Notes: generated from the sequence alone by a model not told the origin. 24,000 nucleotides of DNA from Alphaproteobacteria bacterium (GCA_037190765.1 JBBCJW010000097.1:1-24000), one strand, 5' to 3'. Positions 7,748 to 14,549 are shown, numbered from the stretch's first letter. Program-made: numbers and translations.

Positions 7748-8206
7748 ATGCGTAGCTTCGATTTTGCGCCGCTGTTCCGTTCCACCGTCGGCTTCGACCG
7801 CGTCACCCAGTTGCTCGACGCCGTCACCCGCGAGGAGAACGGGACCGGCTATCCGCCCTACAACATCGAGAAGACCTCCGACGACACCTATCGCGTCGTC
7901 ATGGCCGTCGCCGGTTTCGGCGAGAACGACCTCAACGTGACGCAGCACGAGAATACGCTGATCGTCTCCGGCCGCCAGGCCGACCAGAACGAGCCGGCGC
8001 AGTATCTCTATCGCGGCATCGCCGGCCGCGCCTTCGAGCGCCGCTTCGAGCTGGCCGACTTCATCCGCGTCGATGGCGCCAGGCTGTCGAACGGCCTGCT
8101 CAGCATCGAGCTGAAGCGCGAAGTGCCGGAGGAGAAGAAGCCGCGCGCCGTCAAGGTCGTGAACCAGCCGCAGGTCACGCAGCCGCAGCTCCAGGCCGCC
8201 GAGTAA
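7748..8206 (+). CDS. ibpA: Small heat-shock protein, IbpA type (Hsp20/alpha-crystallin family)
   Basis: MRSFDFAPLFRSTVGFDR...GYPPYNIEK...YRVVMAVAGF...YLYRGIAGRAFERRFELAD...NGLLSIEL aligns by eye with E. coli IbpA. The ATG at 7748 is 9 nt after AAGGAG. The track start at 7742 is only 3 nt after the SD. Confidence 0.9.
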   Translation: MRSFDFAPLFRSTVGFDRVTQLLDAVTREENGTGYPPYNIEKTSDDTYRVVMAVAGFGENDLNVTQHENTLIVSGRQADQNEPAQYLYRGIAGRAFERRFELADFIRVDGARLSNGLLSIELKREVPEEKKPRAVKVVNQPQVTQPQLQAAE

Positions 8207-8228
8207 GGCGAGCCAGCGGTCGATAATC

Positions 8229-8257
8229 GGGACGGCGGCAAACCGCCGTCCCTTCCT
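8229..8257 (+). terminator. Rho-independent terminator after ibpA
   Basis: gggacggcgg-caaa-ccgccgtccc is a perfect 10-bp stem followed by ttcct. Confidence 0.6.
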
Positions 8258-8414
8258 GAACCCCAACCGGAGCGGCAGCGGCGCAATGCCCCTGTCGCTT
8301 CCACCGTCATCGTTTCGGGCCTGCAGCCAATCTCCCCCTTTGGCGCTTGCCCGTTGGGCGGCCGGCCGGTGGCGATCCGCGATGGCGGAGGCCCCGGCCG
8401 GCCGTTCATTGATT

Positions 8415-9104
8415 TCAGGCGGCGCCGGAAGGCAAGCCGATGCGCAAATTGATGCGCACCCGCTTCACACCCGGAATCGCCTCCGCCAGCGCCGTCAGGG
8501 CGCGGACATGCTCTTCGGAGTGGGCGAAGCCGAACAACTCCACCACCCCGTCCCGCACCAACGTCTGCAGATAAAGGCCGCCGGCCCAGGACTCGCGGTT
8601 GATCCGCTTGTCGAGCTCGGCACGCAGCAGGTCGTCACTGGCGACACCCTCCGGCTCCGCCGGCGTCTTTGCCATGAAGGCGCGGACCAGGTCGCGACGG
8701 CTGACGATGCCGACCAGGCGGCCCTCGCGCGTCACCGGCACGCGCTTGATGTGCCGGCTTTCGAAAATATCGGCGATCTTGCTGAGGTCGGTATCCTCGT
8801 CGACGCAGATCACCTGCCGCGACATGAGGGAATGCGCCTTCACCGCATGCGAGCGCCGGTAATCGCGCGCCAGGGTGTCGTTGTCGGCGATCAGCATGCG
8901 CCAGCGCGAGCGCTTGCGGTCAGTATCGGTTTCGCACCGGCGCATCAGATCGCCCTCGCTGACCAGCCCCACGATGTGACGGTCGTCGTCGACCACCACC
9001 ACGGCGGAAATGTTGCGTTCGATCAGCAGCTTGGCGATCTGCTCCACGCCCGCCTGCGGTCCTACCGTGCACACGTCGGTGGTCATGATGTCGCGTGCGA
9101 GCAT
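8415..9104 (-). CDS. CBS-pair plus BON domain protein
   Basis: Two CBS-like modules are present (MTTDVCTV...ISAVVVVDDDRHIVGLVSEGDL and MSRQVICV...IKRVPVTREGRLVGIVSRRDL). The C-terminal segment is BON-like (LQTLVRDGVVELFGFAHSEEHVRALTALAEAIPGVKRV). The ATG at 9104 is preceded by AAAGGAGGA. Confidence 0.8.
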   Translation of the reverse strand: MLARDIMTTDVCTVGPQAGVEQIAKLLIERNISAVVVVDDDRHIVGLVSEGDLMRRCETDTDRKRSRWRMLIADNDTLARDYRRSHAVKAHSLMSRQVICVDEDTDLSKIADIFESRHIKRVPVTREGRLVGIVSRRDLVRAFMAKTPAEPEGVASDDLLRAELDKRINRESWAGGLYLQTLVRDGVVELFGFAHSEEHVRALTALAEAIPGVKRVRINLRIGLPSGAA

Positions 9105-9163
9105 TTTCTTTCCTCCTTTTTCCATGCGTTTGGACAAACTATCCGGATGGCGAAGATGGCGAA

Positions 9164-9177
9164 TTGATCGCAATCAA
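9164..9177. promoter_or_regulatory. Perfect FNR/FixK (CRP-family) box TTGATCGCAATCAA
   Basis: The sequence matches TTGAT-N4-ATCAA exactly. It is centred at 9170.5. TAGTTT on the minus strand (9141-9136) and TAAATT on the plus strand (9201-9206) are both placed as -10 elements of class II (-41.5) promoters. Confidence 0.65.
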
Positions 9178-9222
9178 AGCGGCAAGGCTCGTTCGGACGT
9201 TAAATTGTCGCTAATTGGAACT

Positions 9223-9493
9223 ATGGCCGTAAGACCAGATTTTCAACCCGAGCGAGGTTTCTCACCAACCAGCCAAAGAGAAGAAGTCGGAGCGCGAGGA
9301 GAAGGACGAGAAGAAGAACTACCACCTGCTGGAGCGCAGCTTCGGCTCGTTCCGCCGGTCGATCGCGCTCGATGCCGAGGTCGATGCCCGGAACGTCAAG
9401 GCGACGTTCGACAAAGGCGTGCTGAAAGTGGTGCTGCCCAAGAGCCAGCAGCAGCCGGCGCGCTCGACCCGCATCGAAATCTCTCGCGCCTGA
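9223..9493 (+). pseudogene. Hsp20-family gene remnant (internal deletion/frameshift; only the C-terminal half of the alpha-crystallin domain survives)
   Basis: The frame 9233-9493 reads ...KEKKSEREEKDEKKNYHLLERSFGSFRRSIALDAEVDARNVKATFDKGVLKVVLPKSQQQPARSTRIEISRA*, a typical Hsp20 C-terminal half. It has no start codon and a TAA at 9230-9232 in frame just upstream. An ATG at 9223 sits in a different frame. The CBS gene leaves no room for the missing N-terminal half. Confidence 0.6.
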
Positions 9494-9547
9494 TCTCTCT
9501 CAGGCGTCGCAGCAGCAGGCGTACTGGCAATCGCGCCTGATGCTGCC

Positions 9548-9583
9548 GGCCGGCGGCTCCTCCCAAGGCCGCCGGCCTTTTTT
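9548..9583 (+). terminator. Strong Rho-independent terminator downstream of the hsp20 remnant
   Basis: ggccggcggc-(10-nt loop)-gccgccggcc is a perfect 10-bp GC stem followed by TTTTTT. Confidence 0.8.
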
Positions 9584-9724
9584 CCGCCCGTCCGCTTCCG
9601 TCCGTCCCGCGCCTCGTTCCGTCAGCCGGAAGAGGCGCAAATGTCGTTGGCCCGGCCCTCGCCGCGCGCCTAAACTTGCCGGCATCGAGGCCCGCGCGAA
9701 GCGGCAAGGACAGACGAGGAAACG

Positions 9725-10771
9725 ATGAAAAGCTACAAGGTGATCGAGTTCGGCCAGCCGCTGCAGCGGGTGGAGGCGCCCAATCCGGTGCCGCAGGGCA
9801 GCGAAGTGCTGGTAAAGATCACCGCCTCGGGCGTGTGCCATTCCGACGTGCATCTGTGGGAGGGCTATTTCGATCTCGGCGGCGGGCGCAAGGCGCCGAC
9901 CAAGGGCGTCGCCCCGCCCAAGGCGCTGGGCCACGAGATCGTCGGCGAGGTGATCGCCGTCGGCCCCGACGCCAAAGACGTCAAGACCGGCGACAGGCGC
10001 ATCGTCTATCCCTGGATCGGCTGCGGCACCTGCTGGCTGTGCCAGGCGGGCGACGAGCATCTGTGCGCAGCACCGCAGACCATCGGCATCCAGAAGGACG
10101 GCGGCTTCGCCGACCACGTGCTGGTGCCCCATCCGCGCTACCTCTTCGCCTACGACAACGTGCCGACGGAACTGGCCTGCACCTATGCCTGCTCCGGCAT
10201 CACCGCCTTCTCGGCGGTGAAGAAGGTGCAGGGCCAGGACGGCGGCAAGCCGGTGCTGGTGATGGGTGCGGGCGGCGTCGGCTTGATGGGCGTGAAATTC
10301 GCCCAGGCGCTGCTGGGCCGGGCGCCGATCGTGGCCGACATCGACGAGCGCAAGCTGGAGCTGGCCAAGCAGGCCGGCGCCTCGGCGGTGATCAATCCCA
10401 AGAACCCGGATGCGCGCAAGGAGCTGATGGGCCTGACCGGCGGCGGCGTGGCGGCCTGCCTCGACTTCGTCGGCGCGGAGGCGTCGGCGGCGTTCGGCTT
10501 CAACGCCCTGCGCACCGGCGGCAAGCTGGTGATCGTCGGCCTGTTCGGCGGCACCTTCAGTCAGCCGGTGGCGATGTTCCCGCTGACCTCGCGCACCGTG
10601 CAGGGCTCGATGGTCGGCAGCCCGGCCGAGATGGCGGAGATGATGCAGATCGTCAGCGCCGGCAAGGTCGAGCCGGTGCCGCTGGTCAAGCGCCCGCTCG
10701 ACGAGGCCGACGCCGCCCTGCAGGACCTGCGCAAGGGCCTGATCCTGGGCCGGGCAATTCTGATCCCGTAA
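9725..10771 (+). CDS. Zinc-dependent alcohol dehydrogenase (MDR superfamily)
   Basis: Catalytic-Zn motif GVCHSDVH...GHEIVGEV, structural-Zn cysteines CGTCWLCQAGDEHLC and Rossmann motif VLVMGAGGVG are present. The RBS is GAGGAA. Confidence 0.9.
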   Translation: MKSYKVIEFGQPLQRVEAPNPVPQGSEVLVKITASGVCHSDVHLWEGYFDLGGGRKAPTKGVAPPKALGHEIVGEVIAVGPDAKDVKTGDRRIVYPWIGCGTCWLCQAGDEHLCAAPQTIGIQKDGGFADHVLVPHPRYLFAYDNVPTELACTYACSGITAFSAVKKVQGQDGGKPVLVMGAGGVGLMGVKFAQALLGRAPIVADIDERKLELAKQAGASAVINPKNPDARKELMGLTGGGVAACLDFVGAEASAAFGFNALRTGGKLVIVGLFGGTFSQPVAMFPLTSRTVQGSMVGSPAEMAEMMQIVSAGKVEPVPLVKRPLDEADAALQDLRKGLILGRAILIP

Positions 10772-10782
10772 CCGCCGCCGGT

Positions 10783-10922
10783 GTCACCTCCGCCCCCCGC
10801 TCGGAGGCGGGGGCGAGCTTAGCGACGCCCATGCGGTACCTGTTGCCATAGGTACCAAGCAAGACCAACCACAGAGGCACAGAGGCACAGAGCCTGATTC
10901 GTCTCTCTGTGCCTCTGTGGTT
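10783..10922 (+). repeat. MITE/REP-like element, copy 1: GC hairpin module plus a terminal hairpin with arms of tandem CACAGAGR octamers
   Basis: aaccacagaggcacagaggcacagag (10867-10892) is inverted against ctctctgtgcctctgtggtt (10903-10922). The left module gtcacctccgcc...gcggggg and the junction caagaccaaccacagag are shared with the inverted copy at 17818-17935. Confidence 0.8.
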
Positions 10923-11017
10923 ATCCTCTCGGCTACGCTCCGCAGGCGCGGCGTCTTGCATTCGCCGCCGCCCTCCCCATATCCCCCGTAGCAACAGGGA
11001 CTTTGGAGGACAGGGTC

Positions 11018-11332
11018 TTGAGCCAGATCGACTACAACGCCGATGCCGGCGTCCCACCCAACGACAGCGCCGGCAAGCGCATCGTGAAGCATCCCTTCGT
11101 GCTGCGCCTGCTCTACACGATAGGCTTCGCCTTCATGGCGTGGCTGCTGCTGTGGTTCGTCTTCGCTGTCACGCTGCTGCAGCTCGTCGTCAGCCTGATC
11201 TCCGGCCGGCGCAACGAGCAGATCGCCGAGTTCGGCACCAGGCTGTCGTGGTGGATGCGCGATCTGGTGCGCTTCCTGACCGGCGCCACCAGCGACCTGC
11301 CTTTCCCGCTCGGCGAGTTCCCCACGCAGTAA
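11018..11332 (+). CDS. Small two-TM membrane protein, DUF4389-like
   Basis: The pattern RLLYTIGFAFMAWLLLWFVFAVTLLQLVVSLISGRRNEQIAEFGTRLSWWMRDLVRFLTG...LPFPLGEFP resembles DUF4389 as I recall it. The TTG at 11018 is preceded by GGAGGA 7 nt upstream. Confidence 0.55.
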   Translation: MSQIDYNADAGVPPNDSAGKRIVKHPFVLRLLYTIGFAFMAWLLLWFVFAVTLLQLVVSLISGRRNEQIAEFGTRLSWWMRDLVRFLTGATSDLPFPLGEFPTQ

Positions 11333-11361
11333 AAGCCGGGTTTCTCACGGCGCAAAACGAC

Positions 11362-11395
11362 AAGGCCCGCAGGCGATTCCGGCGGGCCTTTTTCG
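11362..11395. terminator. Bidirectional Rho-independent terminator between the DUF4389-like and marR genes
   Basis: aaggcccgc-aggcgattccg-gcgggcctt is followed by ttttcg on the plus strand and a T-rich run on the minus strand. Confidence 0.7.
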
Positions 11396-11411
11396 TTGCG
11401 CGGGAAAGCGA

Positions 11412-11939
11412 CTATTCGGCGGCCGCGACCACCGGCGGCGCAAAGCTGCGGTCCTGCAGCGTCTCGGGCAGGCGCACATAGGCGCGGTCGAGCGTGTCGT
11501 TCAGCGCCAGCGTGCCGGCCTCGCCCAGCATGGCCGCCACCGACGCCTGCGCCCGCTTCCACGACGGGGCGGCGGTGCGCAGCGCCACGCGGCCGGCCTC
11601 GGTGATGGCGATGCGGCGCTGGCGGCGGTCGGCCTCCGGCGTGTTGGACAGGTGCCCCATCGCTTCCAGCGGCCGCAGGGTGCGGGTCAGGGTGGTGCGG
11701 TCCATGCCCATGCGGTGCGACAGCTCCGACATCGACATCGGCCCGACATGGCGCAGCATGGAGAGGATGGTGTACTGCGTCACCGACAGGCCGGTCGGCG
11801 CCAGCGCCTCCTCGTAGATCTTGGTGACCCGGCGCGCCAGGCGGCGGACGCGGAAGCAGGTGCAGCCCTCGGCGGGGTTGAGAACCTCCTTGTCGAGGAT
11901 GGCGCTCTCCTCCCGGCTGCGATGTGCGGTCTGCGGCAT
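11412..11939 (-). CDS. MarR-family transcriptional regulator
   Basis: The 175-aa product has a winged-HTH core (LSVTQYTILSMLRHVGPMSMSELSHRMGMDRTTLTRTLRPLEAMGHL...DRRQRRIAITEAGR). The ATG is at 11939. The 410-aa track ORF is an artefactual upstream extension. Confidence 0.85.
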   Translation of the reverse strand: MPQTAHRSREESAILDKEVLNPAEGCTCFRVRRLARRVTKIYEEALAPTGLSVTQYTILSMLRHVGPMSMSELSHRMGMDRTTLTRTLRPLEAMGHLSNTPEADRRQRRIAITEAGRVALRTAAPSWKRAQASVAAMLGEAGTLALNDTLDRAYVRLPETLQDRSFAPPVVAAAE

Positions 11940-11940
11940 T

Positions 11941-11991
11941 GGCTCCGTCCTCGCGGGTTCGGTCCCCGGTTCGGTCCTGGGGATTCGGTCC
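11941..11991. repeat. Array of 3-4 direct repeats GG(T/A)TTCGGTCC directly upstream of the marR start codon
   Basis: ggttcggtcc occurs at 11956-11965 and 11968-11977, ggattcggtcc at 11981-11991, and a degenerate ggctccgtcc at 11941-11950. Confidence 0.7.
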
Positions 11992-12098
11992 TGAAACGCT
12001 GTTTCCGGCGGTCGACGGCGCCGAAAATACGTGCGCCGGATGGATTCGCAGTTTATATGCAGCTTGTGGGAGCCGCAACATGACATCGGAGTCAGATT

Positions 12099-12587
12099 AT
12101 GAGTGGCAAAGAACCGGCAGGCCGGGCGGCCCCGGGCGTGGTTCCCCTTGAAAAACTGAAGCAGCTCAGCGGATTGGAACTGCTGCAGGGCATGCGCGAC
12201 GGCATCAATCCGCAGGCCCCGATCGGCCATGAGATGGATTTTGGCGCCGAGCTGGTGGAGCTGGGGCGGGTGATCTTCGTCGGCAATCCCTCGCGCCGCT
12301 TCTACAACCCGATCGGCTCGGTGCATGGCGGCTACGCCCTGACCCTGCTCGACAGCTGCATGTCCTGCGCGGTGCAGACGCATCTGCCGGCCGGCAAGGG
12401 CTACACCACGGTCGAGGTGAAGACCAATTTCGTGCGCGGCATGACCGACCGGACCGGCAAGGTGCGGGCCGAGGGCAAGTCGATCCAGGTCGGCCAGCGC
12501 ATCGGCACCGCCGAAGGCCGCATCACCGACGAGAAGGGCAACCTGATCGCCTTCGGCACCACCACCTGCCTGATCTTCGACCTCTGA
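12099..12587 (+). CDS. PaaI-family (hotdog-fold) thioesterase
   Basis: NPIGSVHGGYALTLLDSCMSCAV...TVEVKTNFVRGM...GKVRAEGKSIQVGQRIGTAEGRITDEKGNLIAFGTTTCLIF fits the family. The RBS GGAG lies 7 nt upstream. The gene is divergent from marR. Confidence 0.8.
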   Translation: MSGKEPAGRAAPGVVPLEKLKQLSGLELLQGMRDGINPQAPIGHEMDFGAELVELGRVIFVGNPSRRFYNPIGSVHGGYALTLLDSCMSCAVQTHLPAGKGYTTVEVKTNFVRGMTDRTGKVRAEGKSIQVGQRIGTAEGRITDEKGNLIAFGTTTCLIFDL

Positions 12588-12600
12588 CCCGAAACCGGCC

Positions 12601-13080
12601 ATGAGCGAAGGCGCACCGGCGGGCAGCGGCCCCGACACCATCACTATCTATGTCGATGCCGATGCCTGTCCGGTGAAGCAGGAAATCTACAAGGTCGCGG
12701 AGCGGCACCGCCTGCCGGTGGTGGTGGTGTCGAACGCGTTCATCAACGTGCCGCGCGTGCCGACGATCCGCCTGCAGATCGTCGGCGAAGGCCTGAACGT
12801 GGCCGACGACTGGATCGCCGAGCACGCCGCCGCACAAGATATCGTCATCACCAACGACATCCCGCTGGCCGACCGCGTGGTGAAGAAAGGCGCGCTGGCC
12901 ATCGCCCCCAACGGCAAGCTCTACGACGCCAATTCCATCGGCATGGCGCTGGCTACCCGCAACCTGATGCACGACCTGCGCGAACAGGGCGCGGTCACCG
13001 GCGGGCCGAGGCCGTTCTCGGCGCAGGACCGGTCAAGGTTCTTGCAGGCGTTGCATGAGGCGATCATCAAGAAACAATAG
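12601..13080 (+). CDS. yaiI: YaiI/YqxD-family protein (UPF0178/DUF188)
   Basis: IYVDADACPVK...VVVVSN...VGEGLNVADDWIAEH...DIVITNDIPLADRVVKKGA.AIAPNG fits the family. It starts 13 nt after the thioesterase stop. Confidence 0.8.
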   Translation: MSEGAPAGSGPDTITIYVDADACPVKQEIYKVAERHRLPVVVVSNAFINVPRVPTIRLQIVGEGLNVADDWIAEHAAAQDIVITNDIPLADRVVKKGALAIAPNGKLYDANSIGMALATRNLMHDLREQGAVTGGPRPFSAQDRSRFLQALHEAIIKKQ

Positions 13081-13085
13081 CAGCC

Positions 13086-13886
13086 TCATATTTTATTCAA
13101 TCCCATTACGACGACGTAAGCCGAAGCACATTTGGAGCAGTTGACGATATTCCCAACCTTAATATCCGATTTCCAAATCGCTATTTTCCCGTCGCAATTT
13201 TCAACAGTGCATTCGACTTTCTCCTGCTCGAGATACCACCTTGTATCGCCTTTTGATCCAACAAGCTCATAGCCAGCCCCACAAACGTGGCAAGAAACCA
13301 TTCGCCGCCCTTCGCCGCCCAATGGAAGTCTTCTCAGTAGTCTGGCCCCGCAGCGATCACAGTCGATCTCGGAGGATGACCCCATTGAAATATTGAATAG
13401 GCGTGAGGAAAGAACTCTTTCAAGAATGTCGACGATCCTGCCACATCGCATCCGAACTGCGTCTGGACTTGGCTTAGCATCATCAATCAACTGTCGTAGA
13501 GAAGGCATATGAAGAAAGCTGCCTAAAGCATCGTAATGTTCTTTGATATTTTTTAAGGATAGGGACACCTCCGTCCCGACAGGAATCATCTTTGGCGCAG
13601 ATGCGCCAGTTTCCTCACCAATGCTTAAAGTCCCACTTTGATCTGCGTATGGATTGATCTCCAGTAGAGTAAGCATCAGCTTTTTTGGTTGCCACTTTTC
13701 GTAATCTGATCTGGTTAAATCTTGCTCGTATAGCCGAGCTTTATCGTAAATAACTGCCTCGATTGCTAAGCGCAGCTCAAGTGCAGCGTACTTGAGTCGT
13801 TCTATTTCGCCTGAGGCAAGCTCGTGCTTTGCGCGGCTTAGAGATTCTCTCGCGAGGTGGCGAAGTTCAATATTCCGAAGTGACAT
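13086..13886 (-). CDS. Orphan hypothetical protein encoded by the AT-rich island: helical N-domain plus two C-terminal zinc-ribbon-like Cys clusters
   Basis: An uninterrupted 266-codon ORF in roughly 40% GC DNA is unlikely by chance. The Cys motifs are CDRC-N20-CHVC and CTVENC-N17-CSKC. I prefer the ATG at 13886 (MSLRNIEL...), which sits 1 nt after the upstream gene's TAA. The track start at 13940 would overlap that gene. Confidence 0.65.
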   Translation of the reverse strand: MSLRNIELRHLARESLSRAKHELASGEIERLKYAALELRLAIEAVIYDKARLYEQDLTRSDYEKWQPKKLMLTLLEINPYADQSGTLSIGEETGASAPKMIPVGTEVSLSLKNIKEHYDALGSFLHMPSLRQLIDDAKPSPDAVRMRCGRIVDILERVLSSRLFNISMGSSSEIDCDRCGARLLRRLPLGGEGRRMVSCHVCGAGYELVGSKGDTRWYLEQEKVECTVENCDGKIAIWKSDIKVGNIVNCSKCASAYVVVMGLNKI

Positions 13887-13887
13887 C

Positions 13888-14481
13888 TTATCCCAACCCA
13901 AACTCCCCCAACTCTCTGATCCGCCCCAATCCAACATCAATCAACGTCAGCGTCTCGATCCTCCCCTTCATCGCAATCTCCTGGCGCTGCAAGCCCTGCA
14001 GCACGGCGCGCATCTCGGGCGCGGAGGCGGAGCGGCCGATGGTGATGTGGGGGGCGTAGGGCGGGTGTTTCGCGTCAGCGGGTTTGGCGGCGTCGGCCTT
14101 GGTGGCGGCGAGTGGGGCGTGCTCGTTTTCCGACAGGATGTCGGCGTTCAGCGACAGATGCAGGTCCATGATCTCCTGCCTGCCCTCCTGCGGTTCGAGG
14201 AAGGCATAGGCGACGCCGGGATCGACGTGCAGGGTCGTACGGCGCAGCACGAAGTCGATGGGCGCGGTCTCGTTGGCCACCGCCTCGACATGCCTGACCA
14301 GCAGGTCGTGGCTGTCGACCGGGCGGGCGAACACCAGCGTGATGTGCGGGCCGATGATGCCGGCCTCGGCCGGATGGTGCCGGGCGCGCAGGGAACGCAG
14401 CAGTTCCTCGTCCGCCGCCGCCAGCGCCGGGAAGGCGACGATGTAGAGGCCGGGAGCGGCGGCGGGCGGGCGGGTGCTCAT
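13888..14481 (-). CDS. 2H-phosphoesterase superfamily protein (LigT / 2'-5' RNA ligase-like)
   Basis: Two H-x-T-x motifs are present at the expected spacing (GPHITLVF and APHITIGR). At 197 aa the size is typical for the family. Confidence 0.7.
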   Translation of the reverse strand: MSTRPPAAAPGLYIVAFPALAAADEELLRSLRARHHPAEAGIIGPHITLVFARPVDSHDLLVRHVEAVANETAPIDFVLRRTTLHVDPGVAYAFLEPQEGRQEIMDLHLSLNADILSENEHAPLAATKADAAKPADAKHPPYAPHITIGRSASAPEMRAVLQGLQRQEIAMKGRIETLTLIDVGLGRIRELGEFGLG

Positions 14482-14549
14482 GCTTCTGTTTCCATCACTC
14501 CGAAACGTGCCTCCGATCCTCGGCTTGCAAATCCGCTACGTGGCTATAC

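Noticed and set aside
11956-11977. Alphaproteobacterial LexA box (GTTC-N7-GTTC)
   Set aside because: The two GTTC tetramers are separated by 8 nt, not 7. The motif is part of a longer 10-nt direct-repeat array.
11412-12644. 410-aa minus-strand ORF
   Set aside because: Only the 3' 528 nt encode the MarR protein. The upstream part runs antisense through the thioesterase gene and the divergent promoter region.
13887-13940. Longer N-terminus (MMLDWGGSESWGSLGWDK...) for the island ORF
   Set aside because: It would overlap the end of the 2H-phosphoesterase gene by about 50 nt, and I see no RBS-like sequence before it. The ATG at 13886 directly follows that gene's stop.
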